Positions 1-8,414 of a stretch of DNA of 64,000 nt are shown one piece after another (position 1 is the stretch's first letter; every line of letters starts with the position of its first letter). The translations under genes and the position numbers were made by a program. Under the pieces are notes generated by a model that was given only the letters and a program-made list of their open reading frames with translations, searched no databases and had not been told where the DNA came from. The DNA is taken from sequence record PV764603.1. One strand, written 5' to 3'.

Positions 1-42
1 GCCATCTGCTGGTCCGAAACCTACTGCCATCTTGTCACCTAC

Positions 43-222
43 TTAGAAGCCGTGGTAGTCGTCACGCTTCACTGCGTTCTCGGGATGCTGTGCCGCAGTG
101 GAGCTAAACCACGATACACCCTTCATCTTGTCCGGGCCCATCGTGGTCATTTGCTGCTCAAACGCCGCCGCCAGATTGGCAGTCAGCGTAGGCCGAAGTT
201 GATTGAATTGCTCAGTCGTCAT
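43..222 (-). CDS. small hypothetical protein (about 59 aa)
   Basis: ORF-track 43..234; start moved to ATG at 222 (MTTEQF) behind a GAGGG RBS, overlapping the upstream stop. Confidence 0.55.
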   Translation of the reverse strand: MTTEQFNQLRPTLTANLAAAFEQQMTTMGPDKMKGVSWFSSTAAQHPENAVKRDDYHGF

Positions 223-778
223 TGGTTCCCTCAATTACCTTGGAGAGTTTCGGCTTCACGTATTTCAGATCAGCCAGCTTCTTGATGGTCGCCAGATTGG
301 CGTACTGCTTCAACATGCTGGAGATTGCTTCTGCATGCAGGCCCTTTTCCATCTTGCGGCGCTGTACCGGAGTCAGCAGGCCCTTGCGGAAGAGGGAGTC
401 TGCATCCGAACCGGAGTAGTGACGCTGGAACTGCTCCACCCACTTGACTTCCAGCGCGAACCGAACAGTCTCTGCGTTGGTGGGCCATGCGCCTACCGTC
501 AGCAGCGCCTCAGTCACTTCCGGCGTGAGGTACCGAGCATTGGAGGTGTGCTTGCGAGGAGACAGCAGGAGGATGTTCTCGTTCCTGCCAATGTTCCTTC
601 GGTGGTGGTCAAACTGACTGCTGTAGACAGTGCCCCGAGTACCCACTGCGAACAGACCGCCAGACAGGTTGTAGACGCGAGGACGATCAGGGTGCAGCAC
701 CACTGAGTCCGAAGGGAACGCGCGCATCTGAACGTCAGGCAGGTTGAGTTGCGGGGCAGTAATGATGAGAGCAGTCAT
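212..778 (-). CDS. hypothetical protein (188 aa)
   Basis: ORF in the coupled minus-strand run; no recognisable motif. Confidence 0.7.
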   Translation of the reverse strand: MTALIITAPQLNLPDVQMRAFPSDSVVLHPDRPRVYNLSGGLFAVGTRGTVYSSQFDHHRRNIGRNENILLLSPRKHTSNARYLTPEVTEALLTVGAWPTNAETVRFALEVKWVEQFQRHYSGSDADSLFRKGLLTPVQRRKMEKGLHAEAISSMLKQYANLATIKKLADLKYVKPKLSKVIEGTNDD

Positions 779-790
779 GCTAGGACTTCC

Positions 791-1474
791 TTATGCGTTG
801 ATGGCTATGTAAGCCGAGGTTGGGTTGCACGGTTGCAGGTCGTACCCATTGACGTAGTAGGTACGGGTCCAGAAAGTACGGTCAAGCTGAGGGACAGCAA
901 TCCAGCAGTCAACATCAACTACCGGCTTGGAGAAAGCAACCTCAAACCGTTCACGCTTGATGGTCAAGGTTGGTTGGAGCGGTACGCCCGAAGAGCGAGC
1001 GTATACAGCGAGGTCACGATTGTGTTGAGCCACCAACCGTGAGTACCTGGTACTTGTGAAACGTTGTGCGTGTCCGGGCCCACCGTTGTAGCACACAAGT
1101 GCTCTCTGGCTGTGACCGAAGGTATCGACACACTCACGTAGATAAAGAGCAGCTACTCGCAACCCCAATTCAGTGTCGTTGCGTAGACGGGCTGGCGTTA
1201 TCGTCCCGAGTTCTGGATGCCGCGTAGCGACATACTTTGCCGTAGCAAGGTTTACGTGCCCGACGCCGAAGTGCTTGCCTCCTGCGTCTGTCGTTACCCT
1301 GCCCAGCGAGGACTCTCGGAAGACGAGTCCGGGCAGCATGTCCGAAACTCCATACTCCGCGCCAATCTGTGCAGACAGGTGCAGTACGGTTTGCTGTTTC
1401 GGGGTAAGCTTTAGTGCCATCGCCTCTGACGCGAACGGCACAAACATAAGAAGCATAGCGAGAATGAAGCGCAT
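791..1474 (-). CDS. SLT-family lytic transglycosylase with N-terminal signal peptide
   Basis: Motifs LVFRESS (catalytic Glu), FGVGHVN, AALYLREC, ALVCYNGGPG; start MRFILAMLLMFVPFASEAMA at 1474 after a GAGG RBS. Confidence 0.85.
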   Translation of the reverse strand: MRFILAMLLMFVPFASEAMALKLTPKQQTVLHLSAQIGAEYGVSDMLPGLVFRESSLGRVTTDAGGKHFGVGHVNLATAKYVATRHPELGTITPARLRNDTELGLRVAALYLRECVDTFGHSQRALVCYNGGPGHAQRFTSTRYSRLVAQHNRDLAVYARSSGVPLQPTLTIKRERFEVAFSKPVVDVDCWIAVPQLDRTFWTRTYYVNGYDLQPCNPTSAYIAINA

Positions 1475-1577
1475 GTTAACCTCATGGGTGCGGTGGCCCT
1501 GACTGTCCTTTATGTCCGGGTCACATTGTCTACTCAAGCTCCGCCGGTGTACGGCTGTAGAGGATTAATGGGAAGGG

Positions 1578-1910
1578 TTAGAAGATGGTTACAGCAAGAA
1601 CGGCCCACATGACTTTACACAACACATGCAAACCTTGATCCACGTTGATTCCGATTAAGCGTTCGCTCTTGAGAAAATCAATTGCGAAGTGACACGCAGT
1701 TTCCAGTACACCCAGCAGTGCGGAGCCTGTTATGAGAGCAACCGCACCACCATGAATCATGGCGTGTGCAGTCAGCGCATGCCACCAAGGCACGTGCTTG
1801 TCTCCAGTACGTCTACACTTGTTTGCTGCGATGAATGGTCCCTGTAATGGATAGTCGGCCAAGGCATGACCAACTATCAGGAAGAACAGAATGGATAGGA
1901 ACTCGGTCAA
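1578..1910 (-). CDS. DUF3307-like membrane protein
   Basis: GHALADYPLQ...LTAHAMIHGG...HFAIDFLK pattern, hydrophobic. Confidence 0.8.
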   Translation of the reverse strand: MTEFLSILFFLIVGHALADYPLQGPFIAANKCRRTGDKHVPWWHALTAHAMIHGGAVALITGSALLGVLETACHFAIDFLKSERLIGINVDQGLHVLCKVMWAVLAVTIF

Positions 1911-2332
1911 TCGTTGTCCTCGATTTCTTCGTCTTCATCGTCCGGATGAAGCTCCGAGAAGGTTCCGTCGGCGTTCTTGACTTGGGTAGGCAACGCGGTA
2001 AGCAACTTACCTTCGTACCAATCGCCAATGCCCCGCCAGAAGCTGCCACCCTGACCAGTGTAGCTAGTTCCCGAATTCTTGCGGTAGCCCATGAACTCCA
2101 ACACGTAGCTAAAGAAAGCACACAGCAGCGGCCACCAATAGGTAAGGTAGAACTCACCCATCTTGGCTTCGGGCTTCTGCACCTTGTAGACCTTCATCTG
2201 CCAGCGCAAATGGGAGAAGGCGTTGGCCACTCCGATCACAAGAAGCTCAAACAGGAACAACAAAAGCAGGATGCCAAGTAGGCTCCATACCAACACACCT
2301 GTTCCGAAGAACAACGTTTTCATATAGCTCAC
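1907..2332 (-). CDS. hypothetical membrane protein
   Basis: Two hydrophobic segments, acidic tail; 4-bp overlaps with neighbours. Confidence 0.65.
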   Translation of the reverse strand: MSYMKTLFFGTGVLVWSLLGILLLLFLFELLVIGVANAFSHLRWQMKVYKVQKPEAKMGEFYLTYWWPLLCAFFSYVLEFMGYRKNSGTSYTGQGGSFWRGIGDWYEGKLLTALPTQVKNADGTFSELHPDDEDEEIEDND

Positions 2333-2871
2333 TCAACAACCTCCTGATTGGCTGGGTCCGGCGTCATGTCGTACCATTCATGCCCCTCGTAGAACGGAGC
2401 CACTCCGACCACACCGCCAACATCATCATGCAGGGAGGGTGCCACAGTATCTCCGAATTCCTTGGAAGCAACGTACCGCCATTTGCGCGGGAGGCCGGTA
2501 TCGTGTTTGCCGGTAGGGTAGCAAAGCGAACGGCCTTGGTAAAAGAAGAAGCATTGATCGCCAATGCGAACACCGAGCTCGGCATTGTCGTTTACTACCC
2601 ACTTGACTTCGCTGGCGAGGATTGCTTCGCGCGAAGACGGTCCAGCTGCCGAACGCATCATGCTGAGATACGATCGGAAGTCTACGATGTTGGTAACACT
2701 CACGCGCATCACTGAGCCATTAGGCCAGCCCACTAGGGCCTGCGGTGAGAATAGGACCACCTCCACGTAGTCATCGGTCACCGTCCATCCCGTAATGAAG
2801 ATGGGATTAGGCGAACCATTCACTTCCTTGTTGTATGTCCTGATAGCTGCTTCAACTTCCGTTGCTTCCAT
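2329..2871 (-). CDS. hypothetical protein (180 aa)
   Basis: Coupled ORF, no motif recognised. Confidence 0.65.
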   Translation of the reverse strand: MEATEVEAAIRTYNKEVNGSPNPIFITGWTVTDDYVEVVLFSPQALVGWPNGSVMRVSVTNIVDFRSYLSMMRSAAGPSSREAILASEVKWVVNDNAELGVRIGDQCFFFYQGRSLCYPTGKHDTGLPRKWRYVASKEFGDTVAPSLHDDVGGVVGVAPFYEGHEWYDMTPDPANQEVVE

Positions 2872-2879
2872 ATCGCACC

Positions 2880-3152
2880 TTACAAAGTCCCTAGTTCTTT
2901 CCGACGCCGCAGTGCCCTACGTAGGTCTGCAACGTTTCCGTATTCTGCCGAATCTTCAATCATGCCGCTGACTTCGCGCAGCAGCGTGTAACGCTGTGCA
3001 ATCACGTCTGAGCGCACAAACCATCCGTTACTCAGAGTGAGCATGTTGTTCGTAACCGGGATGGCCGCTGCGTCCACGCCAAGGGTAGTGGCGAGCTTGC
3101 TGCGTACAATCTCAAGATCGGCCTCAAAGGTCTTGTTCGTGTTTGCTGCCAT
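2880..3152 (-). CDS. hypothetical protein (about 90 aa)
   Basis: ATG at 3152 after a GGAGGA RBS. Confidence 0.65.
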   Translation of the reverse strand: MAANTNKTFEADLEIVRSKLATTLGVDAAAIPVTNNMLTLSNGWFVRSDVIAQRYTLLREVSGMIEDSAEYGNVADLRRALRRRKELGTL

Positions 3153-3165
3153 TTGATCCTCCAAG

Positions 3166-3194
3166 AAAAAACTGAAAGGGCCCTCCGTGGCCCT
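3166..3194 (-). terminator. intrinsic terminator downstream of csrA
   Basis: Minus strand AGGGCC-ACGGAG-GGCCCT followed by TTCAGTTTTTT. Confidence 0.65.
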
Positions 3195-3203
3195 ATCGGT
3201 GTA

Positions 3204-3440
3204 TCAGGTTGCTTCGCTTTCCGCACCCGAAGTGACTTCGGTTGGGCTAGTTGACTTGGCAAACGGCACGCCGCGCTGGATGCGTTCGTGGACTTCCTGA
3301 CGATTGACCGGGGTTTCCTTCGGTGCGTCAATACCGATTTTCACTTGATTGCCCTTGACACCAAGGATACGCACCGTAGACATATTCGAGCCGGTGCCAA
3401 TCATGACTGCTTCACCAATGCGGCGAGTAAGAAGCAACAT
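3204..3440 (-). CDS. csrA: CsrA/RsmA family carbon storage regulator (RNA-binding translational regulator)
   Basis: [15 protein letters not shown]...[32 protein letters not shown] closely matches the CsrA consensus MLILTRRVGE...[30 protein letters not shown]. Confidence 0.95.
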   Translation of the reverse strand: MLLLTRRIGEAVMIGTGSNMSTVRILGVKGNQVKIGIDAPKETPVNRQEVHERIQRGVPFAKSTSPTEVTSGAESEAT

Positions 3441-3530
3441 TTTTTGTTTCTCCGTGAAAGTAGTGGGCGACTTTCTTGGTCAGCCCTAGTGAATTGAAAA
3501 ACGAATGAGACGTTCCGTGTTAGACCTAAC

Positions 3531-3638
3531 CACGCATTCGATTGCTGTGTCCCTAGGTGGTGCTGCGCATAGGGCGCAGCTTGTCAGAGCGCATATCCAA
3601 CAAGCTGCGAGCGTCAGAGGGCTCCAATCGGATGCGTG
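3531..3638. ncRNA. putative structured RNA (multi-branch fold) in the gap upstream of csrA
   Basis: 14-bp outer stem 3531-3544/3625-3638 enclosing three hairpins, including 10-bp CGCAGCTTGT/ACAAGCTGCG; family not recognised. Confidence 0.45.
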
Positions 3639-3698
3639 TAGATCGTTAATCCTTACGTGTTTGAGTGGTTGCTTGCGCGTGATTCAATCAAGGTGCTG

Positions 3699-4058
3699 CT
3701 ATACCTTATTTACAGTATCCGAGCTACCCATTTGAGCGAAAGCGGAACGCCAACTATCCATGCGTGCCTGCTTTTCTGGATCAAGGGGCAGGCTGTGATA
3801 GAAGGGGTCATGGTCCTTGACCGTCCTCCCCGTGATGGTCAGCATGGTCACGTCGTTCGACCGCACCGCACAAGAGCGCAGGCAACCGGGACATATGTGA
3901 ACGTACTCCTGCCCGTGAGGCACATACAGCATCATCGGCGGTTCATGCTCAGGATGCTGGCACGGCTTCCACGCTTCCTGCACGGGGCGCATGTGGGATT
4001 GGATTTTCTCTTCCAGTTCAGAGAAGTCCGTCTTGATGGTAAGCTGTTGCTTGTTCAT
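3699..4058 (-). CDS. hypothetical protein with Cys motifs (CxH...CxxC)
   Basis: Start MNKQQL at 4058 in ATGA overlap with upstream stop; PCQHPEH and CPGC motifs. Confidence 0.65.
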   Translation of the reverse strand: MNKQQLTIKTDFSELEEKIQSHMRPVQEAWKPCQHPEHEPPMMLYVPHGQEYVHICPGCLRSCAVRSNDVTMLTITGRTVKDHDPFYHSLPLDPEKQARMDSWRSAFAQMGSSDTVNKV

Positions 4059-4261
4059 TGCTCGATCATCCCAAGTTCTTGGGCCCGAAGAAGAGCCACG
4101 TGTTTCGTGTTGGCTTCCCACAGGATCGAATCGGTCCGATGCTTGGCCACGTCGGGGTCATGGTTGAACTCGTTCATCAACGCCTGACCATAGCGCTGAT
4201 GCTGCGGCTTGGTGCCGAAGAACTTCTTGTCGAAAGCGACCAGTGCGTTTGCGGAAATCAC
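4055..4261 (-). CDS. small hypothetical protein
   Basis: GTG start at 4261 in GTGA overlap, GGAGG RBS. Confidence 0.6.
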   Translation of the reverse strand: MISANALVAFDKKFFGTKPQHQRYGQALMNEFNHDPDVAKHRTDSILWEANTKHVALLRAQELGMIEQ

Positions 4262-4620
4262 TTTGCCTCCATAGCATCGGCGAGGGTCAGGGTTGCGACA
4301 TAGGGGACCGCAACCGTGGACATTGCGATGAACTCCCAATCACCCATCGGATCAGGCGGTACGAAATGCGCGTCCTTGACCTGAACTCCCTTGCTTTCCA
4401 GATAGCGGAGCACTTCGTTGCGCCAGTCTTCATTTGCCATCCACTCCCACCCACCTAGGTCCGTATTGCGACGGGGCAGGCGATAGAAGCGTACCACGCG
4501 ATCCTGCTGTGCAGCTTCGGCAACCAGCGAGACGAAACGCTCGGCTGCCTCGAAGCCAGTCTCAGTAGGCACAGCACGGCCGATGATGGGAAGGGAGCGA
4601 AGGGTGGCGATCAGTTTCAT
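4258..4620 (-). CDS. hypothetical protein (120 aa)
   Basis: Coupled ORF with GGAGA RBS. Confidence 0.65.
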   Translation of the reverse strand: MKLIATLRSLPIIGRAVPTETGFEAAERFVSLVAEAAQQDRVVRFYRLPRRNTDLGGWEWMANEDWRNEVLRYLESKGVQVKDAHFVPPDPMGDWEFIAMSTVAVPYVATLTLADAMEAK

Positions 4621-4825
4621 TCGGTTCTCCTTGATCGGGCTCAGGGCCCGACAATTCCTGAGTCAGTAGATTGGCCAGCGCGGCCATGTGTTGTTGAATG
4701 ATGCTTTGTTGCTCACGTTTCTGCTCGGTAGGAGAAAGAGCGGACAACTCGATCCGCTTCTTCCAGAGCGCCGCGTTACACTCACGTGCAACTCGACCAA
4801 CGTGTTCCCGCGTTTTCTTATTCAC
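4562..4825 (-). CDS. hypothetical protein (87 aa)
   Basis: GTG start in GTGA overlap; 3-prime end overlaps the next gene by about 60 nt. Confidence 0.5.
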   Translation of the reverse strand: MNKKTREHVGRVARECNAALWKKRIELSALSPTEQKREQQSIIQQHMAALANLLTQELSGPEPDQGEPNETDRHPSLPSHHRPCCAY

Positions 4826-5076
4826 TTTGCGCGTCTGCGCCTCCGTGCTAGCCGGGCATTCCTATAGTGCTGATAACCCGGAATCAAAACAAAGGGTATT
4901 GCGACGATGAAGCCTCCCGCCAGAAGCAGCAGGAGGGCAACACCTAGGACCGTGATGTGGCCCTTCATGCCAGTGGCGATCCACATTCCTACCAACCCAA
5001 TACCAAGGAAGGCGTACAACGTGACGAGGCTGTTAACCCCGCGTGCTTCATGCAACAACAGGAATCGCAGGAACAT
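4822..5076 (-). CDS. small two-TM membrane protein with basic tail
   Basis: Two hydrophobic helices, C-terminal RRRRAK. Confidence 0.6.
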   Translation of the reverse strand: MFLRFLLLHEARGVNSLVTLYAFLGIGLVGMWIATGMKGHITVLGVALLLLLAGGFIVAIPFVLIPGYQHYRNARLARRRRRAK

Positions 5077-5085
5077 AACCGCTCC

Positions 5086-5361
5086 TTACATTTGAATGGT
5101 GGCCTCGCCGTAGTGGCGACCACGCACCGGGAAATTACTGACGCCAGTGACGCCAATACTCTTGAGGACAACGCTGATGCGTCCCGCTTCTGCCGGGGTC
5201 AGCTTGGTAGCTGCCAGCAGCTTAGTCATTTCCGGCGACTGGAAATGGTGACTCAGGCCATACTTCGGATCGTCACGCAACGCGATGGCTGCACGTTGCA
5301 GACTGAGGGCGTTGGCTTTGTGCAGGGGATTGATACCCACCGCGTTGACGGTCTTGCTCAT
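5086..5361 (-). CDS. hypothetical protein (about 91 aa)
   Basis: ATG at 5361 (MSKTVN) after a GGAG RBS. Confidence 0.6.
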   Translation of the reverse strand: MSKTVNAVGINPLHKANALSLQRAAIALRDDPKYGLSHHFQSPEMTKLLAATKLTPAEAGRISVVLKSIGVTGVSNFPVRGRHYGEATIQM

Positions 5362-5378
5362 TCGTCGAACTACTCCGG

Positions 5379-5894
5379 TTAGTTGAGCGCGAGGTCGCGT
5401 TCTTTGGTCTTGTATGCGCACATGATTGCACGCGTGTTCATGTAGTCAGGATCGGACATCTGCTCACCAGTCGTCTGACCGTTCCACATAATGTCGAAGA
5501 TGCAGCCGCAGAAGATGTTCGGCATCGTGCGAGCTTCTACCAGCACTTCCTCATCATCGAAGCCCATGCCTTCCGACGCCTTCAAGTCAGGGACGCACTG
5601 TGCAATGAAGTGCGCCCGACGTTCGTCTTTCGACGGTGCCACGAACTCGGGCAGCGGCTTGCGCGGCGTACCTTCTTGGATGGATTTCTCAATGTCCTCC
5701 ATGAGGACTTCGGAGGTCGTCTTCTCCGTGACCCCTTGCGGCGGCTTGGACTCGATGGTCGGAGGGGCGGAAGGGATGGCGCTGGCGGACGGAGGCTGCG
5801 GCCCGAAGAAGTACAGGGCAGCCAGCACGATGACAGCGATCAGGGGAGGGTAAACGAGCCAGCCCGGCGGCTGGAACTTGGACTTCTTTTCCAT
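5379..5894 (-). CDS. membrane-anchored exported protein
   Basis: N-terminal TM helix, Pro-rich linker, Cys-containing C-terminal domain. Confidence 0.65.
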   Translation of the reverse strand: MEKKSKFQPPGWLVYPPLIAVIVLAALYFFGPQPPSASAIPSAPPTIESKPPQGVTEKTTSEVLMEDIEKSIQEGTPRKPLPEFVAPSKDERRAHFIAQCVPDLKASEGMGFDDEEVLVEARTMPNIFCGCIFDIMWNGQTTGEQMSDPDYMNTRAIMCAYKTKERDLALN

Positions 5895-5934
5895 GACAGA
5901 TTCCTTTTGGTTGGCGACCTATGAAATTAGGTCA

Positions 5935-6420
5935 TTACGTGATTTCGAGGCCAAGGCAAGCGAAGGTCAACTCACCGATGAATTTACCGCCTGCACACTC
6001 CAGTCGGACGAAAGAGCCTAGCGGCACCATCTTGGACCGAGCGTATGCCTTCTGTTCAGCGAGATACAGGACACCAACGACACCGTTCTTGTAGTCCGAA
6101 CGGGCGGAGGAAGACAGATCGGAAATGTAGAACGTGGTGCTACCGTCCTTGTTATCGGTGACGCGATCCAGCACGCCTGCGATCACCAGCTGCTGGTTCT
6201 CGAATTCGCCGAGGCGGTGGGGTTCATACACCCGAGCTTGGTAGATGCCAAGCGGCAGGGTTTCCTTGAACCCCTTGGCATTCCATTCGGCCCTGCTGAT
6301 GATGGTGTTGACCTCGTTGTCATTGGAAGCGGCTTGGCCACTCCCCGAACACGCCGCGAACAGCGCGGTCATGGAGGCGATGACGACGGCACGGAACGAA
6401 GCGCTCAGATACTTGTGCAT
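5935..6420 (-). CDS. lipoprotein, possibly OB-fold (tRNA_anti-like)
   Basis: Start MHKYLS at 6420; lipobox LFAAC; beta-rich body. Confidence 0.65.
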   Translation of the reverse strand: MHKYLSASFRAVVIASMTALFAACSGSGQAASNDNEVNTIISRAEWNAKGFKETLPLGIYQARVYEPHRLGEFENQQLVIAGVLDRVTDNKDGSTTFYISDLSSSARSDYKNGVVGVLYLAEQKAYARSKMVPLGSFVRLECAGGKFIGELTFACLGLEIT

Positions 6421-6443
6421 GGTGAACTTCCTTGATGATTGAG

Positions 6444-6845
6444 TTAGTGCTTGCAAGAACAGGAGTTGTTGTGTCGGTGTACGTGCCACGCACGCATGTT
6501 GACGATGTGCGCAATGATGAGTGCTACACCGAACACTACCATTGGGATCGCGTGCAGCCATTCGGACTGGTCAAACCAGTCGTGCCAGATGATTGAGGCA
6601 CTCATGGCAACCGCAGCGAGGAACATCCACTTCCACGAATGCGGATCACGATGACGCCATGTGCCAATCGCTAGCGTGGCGGCAGCGAACGCAAACGTAC
6701 CGAGCAGCAGGTAGGTGTGGATGATTTCTTCGCCTTGGACGAATCCAAAGAAGGAAACGCCGAAGAACGCGAGGACAGGAACAGCGGCGCAGTGCACAGC
6801 GCACAGAGCCGATGCAGAGATACCGAGGCGGTCAAGAATTTTCAT
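6444..6845 (-). CDS. MerC-family membrane protein (metal-transporter-like)
   Basis: LDRLGISASALCAVHC motif, four TM segments, His/Cys-rich C-terminus HVHRHNNSCSCKH. Confidence 0.8.
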   Translation of the reverse strand: MKILDRLGISASALCAVHCAAVPVLAFFGVSFFGFVQGEEIIHTYLLLGTFAFAAATLAIGTWRHRDPHSWKWMFLAAVAMSASIIWHDWFDQSEWLHAIPMVVFGVALIIAHIVNMRAWHVHRHNNSCSCKH

Positions 6846-6846
6846 G

Positions 6847-7242
6847 TTAGGCCCTCAGAGCGAAGTTGTCGTCGTGAGCGCAGTCACCGATTTCTTCCTC
6901 GTAGAAGCGAAGGCCCTTGGCAGTCAGCTTGTAGTACACGTCGGTACCACGGCGAGTCTCGATCAGCACCGAACGGAACAGGCCCTGACGAAGTGCCCAC
7001 GCCATCGTGTCGGTGTTGATCGCGTCGCCAACATTGAGGATACGTGTGGGCCGACCATCTTCCAGCATGCCGATGCGGTAGCTGTAGATCGGACGTTCAA
7101 TGGGCCAGCCGCCCTTGGTGTGACCAATCACCTCGTTGCGTTCCAGCTGCGGGAACAGGATGCGTTGCGCAGTGTTGACCATGATGGAAGACAGCACAGC
7201 GGTGATGGCGGCGGTGGATTCTGCGGCAGTGCGACGATTCAT
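6847..7242 (-). CDS. hypothetical protein, possibly winged-helix-like C-terminus
   Basis: ORF; ending YYKLTAKGLRFYEE resembles a wHTH wing/helix (weak). Confidence 0.55.
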   Translation of the reverse strand: MNRRTAAESTAAITAVLSSIMVNTAQRILFPQLERNEVIGHTKGGWPIERPIYSYRIGMLEDGRPTRILNVGDAINTDTMAWALRQGLFRSVLIETRRGTDVYYKLTAKGLRFYEEEIGDCAHDDNFALRA

Positions 7243-7284
7243 TTCCAGCTTCCTTGGTTGAAGATATTGAGATACAGGCGCTAC

Positions 7285-7605
7285 TCACTCGGAGTAGATG
7301 GTAGGGCGTTTGGTTTGCTTGCTCTTGAGTTCGCCAGTGAGGGAGCGAAGACGCTCCCACGTGATCGGTCCAGCCATGCCCTTCGCTTTCTTGAAAGCAG
7401 TACGCACGAATCGGTCTTCGCAGTCGAGGCGTTGAGCCATATCGGCGTAGCTGACGTTCTCGCCCTCGATCAAGTAACGATCAATCTTGACCGGGCGCTT
7501 CTTGGCAAAGTCACGCTGCGTTGCAATGTGGAAGCCTTGCATCGTAGGTGCTTTGTCGGGTTTGCTAAGGGGATCGTATGATCCCCGTTTGATGAGGTGA
7601 CTCAC
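7285..7605 (-). CDS. hypothetical protein, possible HTH
   Basis: GTG at 7605 in GTGA overlap; SYADMAQRLDCEDRFVRTA is HTH-like. Confidence 0.55.
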   Translation of the reverse strand: MSHLIKRGSYDPLSKPDKAPTMQGFHIATQRDFAKKRPVKIDRYLIEGENVSYADMAQRLDCEDRFVRTAFKKAKGMAGPITWERLRSLTGELKSKQTKRPTIYSE

Positions 7606-8414
7606 AGCTTTTTCCATTCCTCGTAGGTCATGACTTGCGTGACGTAGCCCGGCCACGTCTTTTCAGTGGCGACGTTGAGGGCAGTTTCGTGCAAGTCGAA
7701 CAACCACGGCTCAACATCGCCGAAGTCCTTACCGAAGTGTTCGATCTGGCCATAGGTGCCCGCGTATCGACCCGGCTCCCCATTCTCCAGTGCGACACGA
7801 CGGATGATGCACCAGCGCGTAGGTTCGATGAAGGGTATACCCTCAGCTTCGGCCATGCCCTTCGCTTCTTCGACCGCTTCCTTAGCGGTGGCGTAACTGC
7901 CGAACCCGGTGTTGAACGGTTCATGCAGTCCCTCTTCATTTACAATGATGATGACGGCGAAGAAGCCCCGAATGCCGTGCGTCACAGTTGCATATGCAGT
8001 GATGGGCGGTTCGTAGTCCGGGTAGTGCTCCTTCAACGCCTCAGCAATCGTGGCTTCGGTGTCGAACGTGTTGCTCAGTTCCTTCGGCAGTTCGTAGAAC
8101 GTGGAGTAATCATGGTCATCCATGAAGCCCCCGAACTCGCGCGCATGGTCATCGTTGAGGATGATGAAGCGACCGACCAGTTCGTACTTGAGCTTGAGGA
8201 CAGTGTGCACACCATTCTCAGCGTATTGCGATCGGACAGTGCTTGCACCCTTTCGCTCACGATCGGCTTGTTCTTCCGCAGCTTTGGCCGTGCGATACAG
8301 GCCCGAGCAGTAGTCCTCGTAGTTGCAGCAGGTGCAGCCGGTGCCGTGGTGGATGGTGCAGCCGGTGCCGTGGTGGATGGTGTAGCAGAAACCGATGGGT
8401 GCATGCTTGCTCAT
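7602..8414 (-). CDS. hypothetical protein (270 aa) with N-terminal duplicated Cys/His peptide
   Basis: Long ORF with the same codon bias as its neighbours; TIHHGTGC twice. Confidence 0.75.
   Translation of the reverse strand: MSKHAPIGFCYTIHHGTGCTIHHGTGCTCCNYEDYCSGLYRTAKAAEEQADRERKGASTVRSQYAENGVHTVLKLKYELVGRFIILNDDHAREFGGFMDDHDYSTFYELPKELSNTFDTEATIAEALKEHYPDYEPPITAYATVTHGIRGFFAVIIIVNEEGLHEPFNTGFGSYATAKEAVEEAKGMAEAEGIPFIEPTRWCIIRRVALENGEPGRYAGTYGQIEHFGKDFGDVEPWLFDLHETALNVATEKTWPGYVTQVMTYEEWKKL
8331..8382. repeat. exact 24-bp tandem duplication
   Basis: GGTGCAGCCGGTGCCGTGGTGGAT at 8331-8354 and 8355-8378, plus partial GGTG. Confidence 0.95.

Noticed and set aside
1-30. Partial minus-strand gene starting MAVGFGPADG at the left edge
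   Set aside because: Only 10 codons are visible, too few to assign
3531-3638. Hammerhead ribozyme, tRNA or known riboswitch identity for the fold upstream of csrA
   Set aside because: No CUGANGA/GAAA core, no T-loop or CCA, and no recognisable aptamer consensus; kept only as an unknown structured element
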